Of a DNA stretch of 64,000 bases, positions 12,997 to 25,345 are shown piece after piece. This stretch comes from Octopus vulgaris (lineage: Eukaryota), in assembly GCA_951406725.2 (NCBI GenBank), contig OX597815.1:28830001-28894000 (forward strand), given 5' to 3'. Under the pieces are notes generated by a model. That model was not told the origin of the DNA and ran no database searches. It was given only the letters and a program-made list of their open reading frames with translations. How positions within the stretch are numbered: the first letter of the stretch is position 1; every line of letters begins with the position of its first letter. Both the position numbers and the translations under genes were made by a program.

Positions 12997-15900
12997 AAAA
13001 AAAAATTATTATTCGAGAAATTTATCTTGATTAAACTGATGACAATAAATCCATAGAAAAAATGGTGTTGTCCTGATCGAGCATATCTATGACCAAAAGC
13101 ATTCGAGTCTTGACCACCTCGTTTTTGGTGGCTATGGGGGTTTTTTTTATCTAGATTTACACTGTCTAATATGTTTTTGTTTTTTTTATACTTTAAGACG
13201 AAAGATAGTAAAGTGAGGTAAACTGACAACTGTACACTACGACGCAGTTTCAATTTCTAGTTGACATTAATTCATTTCACTTACATAACTATTATGCGGC
13301 TCTTTACATTTCCCCGCTTGTAAAAGATAAGAACTGTTTGCCGAGTTAAATAAATCGACATTTATTTATTTGTTAGAATGAGCAATGAATAATTTGAGAG
13401 TAAGTTCCTCGTTAAATGACCGCACTATTGTAGTTTTGATTCGCCAAATATTGTCCATAGTTTAGATATTACAAGTATTATATCTACTTTTTCTGTCATT
13501 ATTGAGAAAGACTTTTTCCAATGTTCATCGATTGCTATATAAATAATCAAATACAATATATCTAACAGAAAAAAAAATAACAGCCGGATCAATTGCCAGT
13601 CAAGATAAAAAGAGCAGAATGAAATTAGAGAATGGTTGTTATATCTTGATTTGTTGCCAGGAAGTAATAAATAAAGAAAAGAAATAAAGAGTTGATAACT
13701 GAATGATGTGGTAAAAGTAGAAAAATAATGTTTCCGCCTACTGCTGCTTGATAAAGAGGCTAGAATATTATTACGATCTTAATCAATGGATTGAAAATAA
13801 TGAGCAATTGTGAAATATATCGATATTGGACAAACGTCATTGCCAAAACTATGATGCAAATTTGAGGAATATGTGAAGCTACAGAAAGAATTTATTCCGT
13901 ATTCGTTTTATGTCCTCACAGAGAATCTAGAAGATAAAGGCGAATATAGATGATTTATTCCTCCCTACTAAAGTATTTCGTTGAAACTGGTTAATAATGT
14001 CTTGGTAATGAAATATATAGGTGGAAATAAACTAGTTGAGTATTTGACTAACGCCACAAATACTTTAACGGGTCTATCATTACAAAAATCATATTCGGAA
14101 CTCGAGAATAAAACCAGTAATACGAACAGAATAAGAGAACTCTTGAGAAATGCAGGTTGAGATAACATGTCTAGTTTCTAACAAGTGTATAAAAATATTA
14201 AGAAACTTTTCATAGAGTTACATTTTCTTTAACTTGTTATGACCTCTCTTATTGCTGCTATTGATCATTTTATAGAAAAAGTCCTGAAAGCAACGGTAAA
14301 TATTGACAAAGGGACGTGTTTCCTCTTGAATCAAGTAATCTCAAACGAAGAATTAATAAGCACGTCAGCAGAGAAAAGTAAATAAAAGATAGCGTCGACT
14401 TCCTAAGGGACCACTTACATCGTTCTCTCTATTTCAACACAAGGGAATATCAACAAAGATGCAGTTATGAATACAGACGTAGTAATGCATGCAGTGTTAT
14501 GTATTATCTGGTGATCATCTTTATTTTTCATTTTTACGTTGCTTTTAAAGAACGTTACGCCGCGAAGTCAAATAGTTTGGAAAATGAACTACGGAAATAA
14601 ACAATGTTGATTAAAGGATAATATACCATCGAATTTGAATGCTATATCTACGAAAATAGTAACACTTCTAGCGTGAGAAATCATAGGCTACAGAAGTACA
14701 GATTCTTTTTCTAAAATGCTACTAAAAATATAAAGAGTGTCTGTAGGGAAAATAGAATCAAATCTAGTATTTCTAGAATCGAGAGTATTTTCATCTATTT
14801 TAGGTGAAAAGAAACGAGACTGTAACAGGTTTCTATTTTGTGTTGTTGTTTTAACAAAATGGGATAGTTTCGAATTATTTATTTACGCAATATCATAAAA
14901 GCCTTTTGATGTTTCATTGAGGAATATAAATAAATGAAGCAAAATAAATATTACCAGCGTTTTTATAATGAAAATAATAATTAGTTTCTTTATAATTGTT
15001 TTAACCTCAGCTGAAATAACAAGGAAGTTAGTGTAAACCTCCAGTTTAAATTCCGACCATAATATAGTGAACTACCTTTATCACAGTTTTACTGTTCACA
15101 CTTCTAATAATTACATGAATAAAGTTACACTAAATAACTTACTGTGTGGTTATGCGTTATAATAAAAATTGGGAGATGGCAAAATGTTACCAAGAATAGT
15201 TTCTAACCAAATACCATCTATTTACTGAAGAGTGGAATGAGATTTCTCTTTAGAATGAATAGTGGGAAAAGCGCTCTTAGACTGGTAAAATTAGGACGGA
15301 AGCAATGATCAGTTACAGGTCGATGTCGGTGAGGAACGTAGACAGGGATGGTGTTCTTCGGAAGATTATTGATGCAAATGAAGTGAATTGGTTCCATCTG
15401 TGAATTAATAGAAGCTCACGAACTCAGACCATAAGCTACCGAAATTTTATTCGATTGTTCTTGCTTTGATATTGGTCATAAGACCATATTTGGAAAGTGG
15501 ATAAAGGATAAAGTTTACTGAATTGAAACTGGTTCTACAAGGAACTGATTGAGCTCTTGCTCTTGGACATACGCTTCACAATAATCTAAAGATTTTATGA
15601 GCCAACGAGAGAGTCTCTATGTGATCATTTGGTCTGGTAGAAATATGACTATCATCTTAAATGAAGAATTAAATAGTGAGTGACCCGGCAGTCCCTGATA
15701 TGCATAAAGCCGGAAAGGCCACGAATGACTTGACTCATATATATCTCCCAGCAGGATCAACGGCAATAACAATCTACAGACTTCGATAAAATCCAAAGAT
15801 TCGACCTTCTTGGAAGGTTGCAGACACACAGTGATTATGTTCTAAAACATCTTAAATTAGTTGTTAATGCACTGGTATTGCTTACACAGTAACTTTTAAT

Positions 15901-16335
15901 AGCAATGATAGAAAAAGTAAATTCGCCAAATTCTAACTACCTATCTTGGAATTTTTAATGAATCACAACTTTCGAAATATTTATATCCGTACATCATCAG
16001 TCTCTTGGTATATTTTACACTTCTGCACTCACATCTTTCTTTCAACCTTCTTTACTCTTACTTTCTATTCTATTCTGTTTCTGCCACTGTTTACCTTCTT
16101 CTTCTCTTTTCTCTTCTTTCTTTCGCATACTTATGTTACCCTCAAAGTTCCAACACTCTTGTCTACAGTGCCACTGGAATGGGAGAGAAGCATTTTATGC
16201 ATATTAGTGTGCAGCTGACACGAACATGGAAAAGCCAAGAAGGCGTTTTTGTCTACACGCGATCATATAGCATCTGAAACAATTAGCGAAAGCATGGTAC
16301 ATGTCACCTAACCATACTAACGTTCAGATAATGGA

Positions 16336-16408
<73 letters not shown>
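16336..16408. repeat. (ATT)n microsatellite at the 3' junction of the Dong-like element
   Basis: About 24 perfect ATT units. Confidence 0.95.
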
Positions 16409-16411
<3 letters not shown>

Positions 16412-17098
16412 TAGTTTTATTTTTATAGCGTGCTTTCACTTCACTACCGAGCGCAGCTCTGTGTGCCTTAGGTATGTGCTGTGATTTGTTGTGATGCTCT
16501 GATGGTTATTGTATGGAAAGTGTTCTGCGTAGGATGTGTGCAGTGCCTAGTAGTGCAATTTTCTGTATGTTATATGTGTTTGTAAGTCCTGGTGTTTTTG
16601 TTATGTATTTGTCTGAATATTTTTTTATCATGCCTAATGCACCTACTATGATAGGAATTGTTTCTGTTTTCAGATTCCACATTCTAGTTACCTCTATTTC
16701 CAGGTCTTTGTATTTTGAGAGTTTCTCCATTTCTTTTAGAGACACGTTGTCATCTGCCGGTATTGATACATCAATTAGAAAGCATTTTTTTTTCTTCATG
16801 ATCTCTGACAACTATATCTGGTCTGTTAGCCTTAGTTTCTCTATCCGTGTGTATCAGCATATCCCAGAGTATGGTTGCTTTCTCGTTTTCTGTGACCTTT
16901 TCTGGTGTGTGCCTATACCATCTTTTTTCTGTTGTTATTCCATAATGTTGGCATAGCTTCCAGTGTATGTAGGTTCCAACTCTGTCATGTCTGTGAATAT
17001 ATTCCTTCTTAGCCAGGACTGGGCAGCCAGATATAATATGATTTATTGTTTCTTGTCCATCTCCACATATTCTGCAGTTACTTGTTATATTTCTTTTA
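16409..17098 (-). mobile_element. R4/Dong-clade non-LTR retrotransposon, 5'-truncated (CCHC zinc knuckle, restriction-like endonuclease, 3' UTR)
   Basis: CRICGDGQETINHIISGC...RHD...RPDIVV...CFLIDVSIP...KEMEKLSKYKDL...IPIIVGALG...ALLGTAHILRR. There is a single +1 frameshift in the T9 run at 16785-16793. (TAA)n lies on both sides. Confidence 0.92.
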
Positions 17099-17122
17099 TT
17101 CTTCTTCTTCTTCTTCTTCTTC

Positions 17123-17170
<48 letters not shown>

Positions 17171-17174
17171 GGTA

Positions 17175-17548
17175 GCAATCACAGCAGTCGAGGCATACAG
17201 TACAGCAAGGAAATGACATCCAGCGATAGTTAAATTCTCAGCTGCATAATACATTCGTTGACTGGTCTTACATCTGATTCCATTGGAACCAGCCAATCGG
17301 CCACTGCAACTGCTACCTGCCCCCACCTGCAGGCCAACCATCAGAGCGCCCAGACCAATAGTAGATGTAACCACTAGTTGAGATTTCGCCCCTCTCTGAC
17401 CGACGAACCTCCGATAGAACTATCATAGCGACTTGCAAAAGGCCGAGTTCCAAAGATATCAGGGACAAAGAGAGAACATTCTGGGTCCCCATTCGAATAG
17501 GCCTCTTCGGGTTAACTGATATTCCTTGCTGTGGGTGGATGACACCTC
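17175..17548 (-). mobile_element. RTE-clade LINE, N-terminal apurinic-endonuclease fragment (inverted segment)
   Basis: PIRMGTQNVLSL...LSEVRRSERGEISTSGYIYYWSGRSDG...VLYAST matches APE motifs GTWNV, LSEVR, YWSG and YAPT. Confidence 0.85.
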
Positions 17549-18122
17549 GCATGTCGAAGTCGCTGACGGCTTCACTTATCTCGGCAGTGTGATCCATAGC
17601 AGCAAGGGTGGGATCTTAAGAAGACTTAGGCGTGCTGGTGCATTTGTGGATTGACTGGACAAAGGTGTTTGGCGCTACCGATATCCGAACATAACGACAA
17701 AGGTTCGGGTCTCTGGTCCTCTCTTTCATGCTCTATAGTTGTAGGATTTGGATACTGTCTCAGGCCCATAGGAAGCGCCTGAATTCCTTTGATGCCAGGA
17801 CGCTTCACACGTTATGCGTTACCATTGGCCGGATTTTGCATCCAACCAACTCTGAAACTGGGACGCATCTTGTTACTTGCAAGATTCAGGAGCATCAGCT
17901 CATATTTGGTCATTTTACTCGATTTTCCAAGTTAGGTCCTGGGATTTTGGGGGTAACGCCACCTGTTGGTCGGCTACATGCCACATGCTCACGCCAGATG
18001 TGGAAGTATTTTACTGAGACGGGTGGGAGTGGTGGGGTTCAGGACGAGCCGAGCAAATACTGACAAATGGTGTGTGCAGTGACGCGCTGCAGCGGCGCAT
18101 GGCTTCATACCTAAGCTGACCG
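17549..18122 (+). mobile_element. RTE-clade LINE, C-terminal RT region and 3' end
   Basis: HVEVADGFTYLGSVIH...LDKGVWRYRY...MLYSCRIWILSQAHRKRLNSFD...QEHQLIFGHFTRF. Confidence 0.85.
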
Positions 18123-18805
18123 ATTGTGGCAGGAATTCCGAAAACATTTTTCATCATTAGAGATTTTCAGTACTTCACAGGTAAATTCCATTCTACTGGT
18201 GAAACCGAAAAATAAAGAACTATTATCTGTGAGCTTCTCTCTTATCCCGGCTAAGTTTCACGATAAATGACACTGAAGAATTTTGTAACTATTTTCAAGA
18301 GAATGAACAATGTAAGACGAAATAGAAATGATCATGACCGTTTGACAGACCCTGCTCACCATGAACCTACATCTACACCACGGTACTTGCTCTCACCCAC
18401 CTCTAATTGTTAGATCAAATAAGTGGAAATTAGTGTGGAAGCTGTCAAGATTCGAACTTAACATCAACACGCACATAGAACAGTGTTCTATAAATTCAGA
18501 ACATCCGCTCAATGGTCGTAAATAAAGTGGATTCTATAACGAGATTCAGCATATTCAGATAAAATATATCAATTAATAACTTAATACAATCTGACCTATA
18601 TTTATGTCAAATTATTTCTCGTTTTCTAATTTTCTATGCAGTAACCCCCCAGCAATCAATAACGAAATGAATAAACTATGACAATTGATGAGGCGGTGTT
18701 TAATGATGCGAGCGTCGTGCCGGATATACGAGTACACTAGTGTGTACCGCTGTGAGTGTGTGTGTGGGGGTGTACACGCACCCCCGAGTGTTTGTGTGTG
18801 TGTGT

Positions 18806-18897
<92 letters not shown>

Positions 18898-18999
18898 ATT
18901 TTATATATATATATATATGCACATGCACACACATACATACACATAGGATTAGTATAGTTTTCATGAATCATTATATGATACGATAAGCTCGTATATATA

Positions 19000-19335
19000 C
19001 AGTGTTCGGGTTAAATTTGACAATTTGCATAAAAGGAAAAGAAAACAATATCTCATCCAAAAATAAAAATATTTTTTAAGAAAAACAAAAAACAATAACT
19101 AAATTATGGTTGGGTGATGACAGTGTACTCAAAGTAGCCATCGTCAGGAGCATGCGTTCCTCATTGTGTCCCGGGAAGATCTTCGAACCCCTCCACTAAT
19201 GATTGAAGAGGGGTATCTTCAAATTTAGACGAGATGGTAATAAATGGATTCCGTTTTGGGATTCAGCATATCAAAAAACCTACAAATCAGGTAAAAACGT
19301 CCAGGCAACAAAATACCTGTTGAGTTGTATCATTT
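19000..19335 (-). mobile_element. Deleted Tc1/mariner-superfamily (maT/DD37D-like) element
   Basis: Starts TA-cagtgttcggg. The minus strand encodes FEDLP..TMRNAC..DGYFEY, resembling a transposase C-terminus. Related to 25288-25343 plus 26510-26700. Confidence 0.55.
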
Positions 19336-19609
19336 TATGATATCGATTTTTAACTTCGGCACAATGCCTCTATTTTCGTCAAAGGGTACCATTGGTTTTT
19401 AAGGCATCCCAGAACATGACTTTAATTATTTCATCTTCTCTTGGAGGATGGAAAACAATGGCTTTTGAATTGGTGAATATTTAAATTAATCAAAACAAGA
19501 ATTTAAATATTCAGATTTTCAACAACCTGATCGCGTTTATATATTTCAGACAATTTTCATATCTCTGTGGCTTTATGAATATGTTAGAAATGATAGTTAT
19601 GATTAAATA

Positions 19610-19841
19610 TCTATTTCTTTACTACCCACAAGGGGCTACACAGAGGGGACAAACAAGGACATACACACATATTAAGTCGATTACATCGACCCCAATACGT
19701 AACTGGTACTTAATTTATCGACCCCGAAAGGATGAAAGGCAAAGTCGACCTCGGCGGAATTTGAACTCAGAACATAACGGCAGACGAAATACGGCTACGC
19801 ATTTCGCCTGGCGTGCTAACGTTTCTGCCAGCTCGCCGCCT
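19610..19841 (-). mobile_element. SINE family B
   Basis: Full head, central domain and tail. Confidence 0.9.
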
Positions 19842-20671
19842 TTATGATTAAATATCAGTGTGAGATCGAGCTTCCGTAATCTTTAAGTGGAATATTATAT
19901 CAATCTCTAAAATTCCTAATTCGATTTGAACCTTTACCATTCTTTTTCCGCACTGATTAGAAATTGTAACTATGAGATGGATAAAAGATTCAATTCTCGG
20001 TAGTTGAAGAGTTGTGAAATCGTATCACGTTACTGATCTTTCGCTGTGCCATACTGAGATTATCTAACAGCAGAGCAAAAACAGAGAATTACAGGGGGGA
20101 ATTAAAGCTAACAGTTCGAATGCTATCATACGGAGCTGAATGAACCGAGGATCAATAGAGCTTCAACGGTGAGTTATTCAAGTTGTTGACAATATCTTTC
20201 ACGAAAAATTTGACACCCGATAGAAACATGTTTTTTCAAACAAGAATTACCTGTTTCATTCGCGAGTCCAATGTTTGAGTAATTAGGCCACACCAAAATC
20301 TTTCAAGAATATTTATATTACAGTAACATCTCCACGCCGCGCTTTACTCTACTTTGTATAGTTATAAATTTTTTATTTTTATATCGTTATGTTTATTTCG
20401 GTGAGAGTGTCTGATTATGTATAAATACATCTATGCGTGTGTCTAAAATGTTGCTGTCTTTCGAGTATTTGTGTAAATGCAGTGTTAATGTGTATCTTTA
20501 AAATGTTTCAACGAATACTTGTCAGGTATACGCTACTGTTTGTGTATCTACGTATAAGTGTTGATTTGTGAATAAATAACTGTATATGTACGAGTTGTAT
20601 GGTGAATTTCTTCCTCCGTGAAATGTTACAAATGTCCATTTTGTATGTTTACTTACACACACACATACATG

Positions 20672-20703
<32 letters not shown>

Positions 20704-20818
20704 CGTGCGTGTGTGTGTATGTATAATATCTATACATATGTATGTGTATATATGTATGTATAATATATATACATATGTATGTACATATATATATCATATA
20801 TATATATGTGTGTGTGTG

Positions 20819-20861
<43 letters not shown>

Positions 20862-21005
20862 GTATATATATGCCTAAAAATGCCTAAAAAATGGATTTAC
20901 AACTTCAATACCCATACATATATTGCATCTATTTTCTTTCCTCCACCTCACTCTCCATTTTGTATCACATCTAAACTAACTATGACTTAACCATCTTCTC
21001 ACACC

Positions 21006-21057
21006 GTCTCTGATGGAGGGATATAATTACTAAATATTCTCGAAACAGCTGTAAGAC
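21006..21057 (+). ncRNA. Degenerate minimal hammerhead motif in a Penelope-like terminal repeat
   Basis: gtct-CTGATGG-agggatat..atattctc-GAA-acagctgt-a-agac. One core change (CTGATGA to CTGATGG). Stem III is the palindrome ACAGCTGT. Confidence 0.6.
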
Positions 21058-21261
21058 ATTCTATCTATAAATGCTCTAATATCAACACAGCCTTGGTTTT
21101 TTATCTTATTACGCAAAAAATTCTTATATGTATATATAGTTATGGTATATTCTGTTAAGAATGTTTGTACTTACATACAGGTGTATATCTGCGTGTGTAA
21201 ATATATGTATAAATATGTGTAGGTATAAAAAATTAATATATGCTAAATACGTAATGTGTGT

Positions 21262-21346
<85 letters not shown>

Positions 21347-21806
21347 TGTGTGCCTAAATGGGAAATGCATTAAATACTAACAGACGTTTTTTAGTATTTA
21401 ATGCATTTTTCATTTATTGAGTAACTGAACGCCACACACCCCGGCTTTTGTTAACAGCAAGTTTTTTTTATATCATTTGATAAATACGGGATTTAAGTGA
21501 TGTGAGCCACTAAGTTTTCCTGCTCGGATAGTTCAGTAATCGGACGGGCTTGTACAGCGTGCCATGTAGGTTTTTGAGCCTGAATGATTGCAGGATAGTA
21601 CACACAGCACGCTATACAAGCTCGTCCAAGTACGGTCTTAGCCGAACGTGAGACAATGACTCATTACTCGAATGGGCTATGGTGCCCAAAGTGTGACTGT
21701 AACATAAAACATAATTAAATACCTTCTCCAGGTAGCGCTATAAGATTAGTCGGGGTTTGAGACAATACTGGCAGAAACCTATCTCAGAATGAATATATAT
21801 ATAAAA

Positions 21807-22074
21807 AAACAAGGGCAATGAAAAAATTCCAATGCCAAATGTGCCAAGGATAGACTTTAAATCGTCAATAACCACATCACTATAAGTACGAGAAAATTTT
21901 TTGTGAATTAACTCAGAAATCGGACTGATTCGGTAATAACGAAATTTTTTAGAAATTTCTGTCAGCTTGCTTCGGGATGCGTGCTTATAGTGATGAATTA
22001 TATGTGGTTATTGACGATTTATTGTCTATCCTCGGCATATTTGATATTGGAATTTTTTTCTTTTGCCCTTGTTT
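21807..22074. mobile_element. MITE-like foldback element with about 85-bp imperfect inverted arms
   Basis: aaacaagggcaatgaaaaaattccaat...ccaaggatagac...aaatcgtcaataaccacat is the reverse complement of 21979-22074. Confidence 0.8.
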
Positions 22075-22554
22075 ATAAGTTGTTTATAAATTTCACCTTA
22101 AAAGGTATTTTTTAATATGCTGGCCACTGATAAAATTCTTTGAAAATTTTACCCTATATCATATATATATATATATATATATATATTGGTAAAAAATGGT
22201 AAGATAACAAAAGAAAGAAAGAGACCTCAATATTATGTAAATAGAGGAAATTTATCAATAAAATAATATGTTACAATTACTCAATAGTCAAGATAAAACT
22301 CTGAGTTTCAGATGCATGTGTGTATGAGTTTGTATATATATGCGTATATATTTGGCGAAAAATGCGAGTGAAGATGTGTACATTTTCATAGTGACGTATA
22401 AGTACGCACGTGGATCCGCGAGCGCACATGTAAGCGTATGACTAGCCATGTTTTACGTGTTTACTATGAAATTTTAATCTTATTTTATATAATTATAACA
22501 CAATAATTTCCCTTTATATAACGGTATTTTTTCATAGCGTTTTTTCAGATGGCC

Positions 22555-22617
22555 AGATAACCGAAGAGATGGTGTTGTGGATTTCCACTTCGGCATCTGA
22601 AACTCAGAGTTTTATCT
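22555..22617 (+). ncRNA. Degenerate type I hammerhead motif
   Basis: agataa-CCGAAGA-gatg..gtgg attt ccac..catc-t-GAA-actcagagt-t-ttatct. Six-bp stem I; core U4 changed to C. Confidence 0.6.
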
Positions 22618-22711
22618 TGACTATTGAGTAATCTGAAACTCAGAGTTTTATCTTGACTATTGAGTAATTGTAATATATTATTTTATATATATATATATAT
22701 ATATATACACT

Positions 22712-22985
22712 TGGTTTTATGCTCTTGCTTGATATGGATAGGAATCATTCTAAGCTGGTGGTCTCTGAGGCGTCATCATGCGTAGAGCCGACCAGGTCCA
22801 CCAGTGCTCGCCATCGCAGATGGTCTCGTACCAGTTCCTTTGCATCCTCCAAGGTCGAGTCCATAGAGATTTTCTCCAATCACGTCCAGCTATCTGATGC
22901 GGGGCCTACCACAAGGACTCTCCCAGCCTACAGCTGCTTCGTCGAATGACAGTAACGGCCGGGTAGGATTACCTGTTATTGTCCG
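22712..22985 (-). mobile_element. RTE-clade LINE 3' end
   Basis: Minus strand: GNPTRPLLSFDEAAVGWESPCGRPRIR*LDVIGENL...LEDAKELVRDHLRWRALVDLV. Confidence 0.8.
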
Positions 22986-22989
22986 CAGA

Positions 22990-23856
22990 GATATATTTGG
23001 ACGGGTGTAGGTGGTTCATCAAGAATTTATTGGAGGTTATGTCCAGGAACTGTTTGAATTTATATTGGGTCTTTTGCTCCCCTTACGTGTCTTGGCATGA
23101 TATTAAAGTAAGCATGGCCAGCAATCGAAATGAAATAGCTCTGTCTCGGTGCTGTAATGTGACACGAGCACGATTTTTTTAGCGAACAAATGGCACGGTA
23201 ACCGAAACTTGGGTGACTTTTGCATAAAAGTAAAAAGAAAGTTAATGCCAAAATATTTGAGCAATATTGATGACATATTTTCACCATCATATCTTTATAT
23301 ATAAAAGTAAGGTTGTGTGTCTGTCTACTCCGATTTAGATTCCTAACTACTCCCACATTTTGCGGTGCAGTATAACCAAAACCGGGTATCTTATAGTCGT
23401 GATTCATATCGAGCCCTTCTGGGTATTAGCGCGCGTCTACGATGAGTCTACGATTTTAAAAATAATTTACCATAATTTTTTCCATTTTAATGCATATTTT
23501 TAAATATAAGGGAAGTAACTCTCTAAAAATGTCTACGATGAGTCAACGATTTAAAAAAAAATTTACCATCATATTTTTTCCATTTTTAATGCATTTTTTT
23601 GCTATTTTTTGGCTATAACTCTCTAAAAATGCCTTATAGTTATTTTCCTTACAAACCCGAGCAACGCCGGGCGATACTGCTAGTAAATGATATAGCTCTC
23701 ACGGTGGCGTTGATGGAATATGGTCTAAGCTTCTGGGGAAGATCTCAGTAATTAAAGGCTGTCATCTGAGTGTGATTGATCTCTGGAGGGTTTCAGTTTG
23801 TATACTCTGTTTTGTGTAAGGAAACCACAGTGGAGGGCAGTATTCAAGGTGAAGTA
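22990..23856 (-). mobile_element. CR1-group LINE C-terminal remnant, interrupted by a Helitron
   Basis: LHLEYCPPLWFPYTKQSIQTETLQRSIT...QRHRESYIIY|MMVKICHQYCSN...HPSFGYRA...YFNIMPRHVR. The frame rejoins once 23292-23683 is removed. Confidence 0.75.
23292..23683 (+). mobile_element. Non-autonomous Helitron
   Basis: 5' TC (tctttatatataaaag), subterminal hairpin cccgagcaacgccggg, 3' CTAG. Inserted between A and T without a TSD. Contains an internal direct duplication of about 95 bp. Confidence 0.88.
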
Positions 23857-24017
23857 TTTATTCATAAAAGCATTTATTCAAAATCCAGAGAATTGATACA
23901 TACTCATAAATAAACCCCGCCCCATACTCCAACTCACGCACACATGCACATGCCCACACATGCGCACATATGCATACATTTATATGTGAGTGTAAGCGAA
24001 TCAGCTTCATACACGCA

Positions 24018-24630
<613 letters not shown>

Positions 24631-24935
24631 ATGAAGAGGCCTTTGACGGTTATTGGTATTGAGGTATTGTGCTCTATGTTTATGTGCGTCTGTCTGCGTG
24701 TTATGAACAATACAACAATATTTAAAAAATACTTTTTCACCTGTTTATTTAAAGGGCAGTAGCCATACATTTGCTTCACACTTTTAAAGGAGACACAATT
24801 TGACTATCGGCGTACCTGTATATATGTTTTCACTGTGCGTTTTACTTGGTGTTTTTCTACTTGTTCTTACGGTGTGTGTTTGTGTCTATACATATACATA
24901 CTAAATGCTTTGCCCTATGTCTATTCTAAGAGGAA

Positions 24936-24970
<35 letters not shown>

Positions 24971-25345
24971 ATGTATGTATGTATGTATGTATGTATGTAT
25001 ATATCAGCCTGTAAAAGAAAATTACTATGACGCTGGAGCGAGTATAGGAAGTTATTGTATCAATTAACAAACTAAGTTCTTGTTTCAAGTTAGAAGACAT
25101 GTCATTGTGTCGATATGTCAGTGTATTTAAACATAGTTGCTGATGGCAGTGACATGTGGCCGAGTCTCCTGTTCCTCTTTGGAAAGTCGCATACATATAT
25201 AATGCATACACACACACGTACATACATACATACATACATACATACATACATACATACATACATACATACATACATACATACATACATACAGAGTGTTCGA
25301 TAGATTGTATAAAAGGAAAACAATATTCTATCCAAAATAAGAGTA

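Noticed and set aside
13600-15850. Possible ancient L1/Tx1-like LINE (faint FRxxxL..QT and WKMN motifs)
   Set aside because: Too decayed, and the motif order is inconsistent, so I cannot support a call without a profile search.
19575-19847. Recurrent ORFs such as RNWYLIYRPRKDERQSRPRRNLNSE and GLLSVSVYQIHSQGFGRPEA
   Set aside because: These are antisense translations of SINE families B and A.
20029-20058. 30-nt minus-strand exon candidate (ctgttag|ATAATC...GATCA|gtaacg)
   Set aside because: The donor is weak and the peptide is unrecognisable; expected by chance.
22595-22666. 36-bp direct repeat resembling a CRISPR repeat length
   Set aside because: Two abutting copies with no spacer, in a eukaryotic context with no cas genes.
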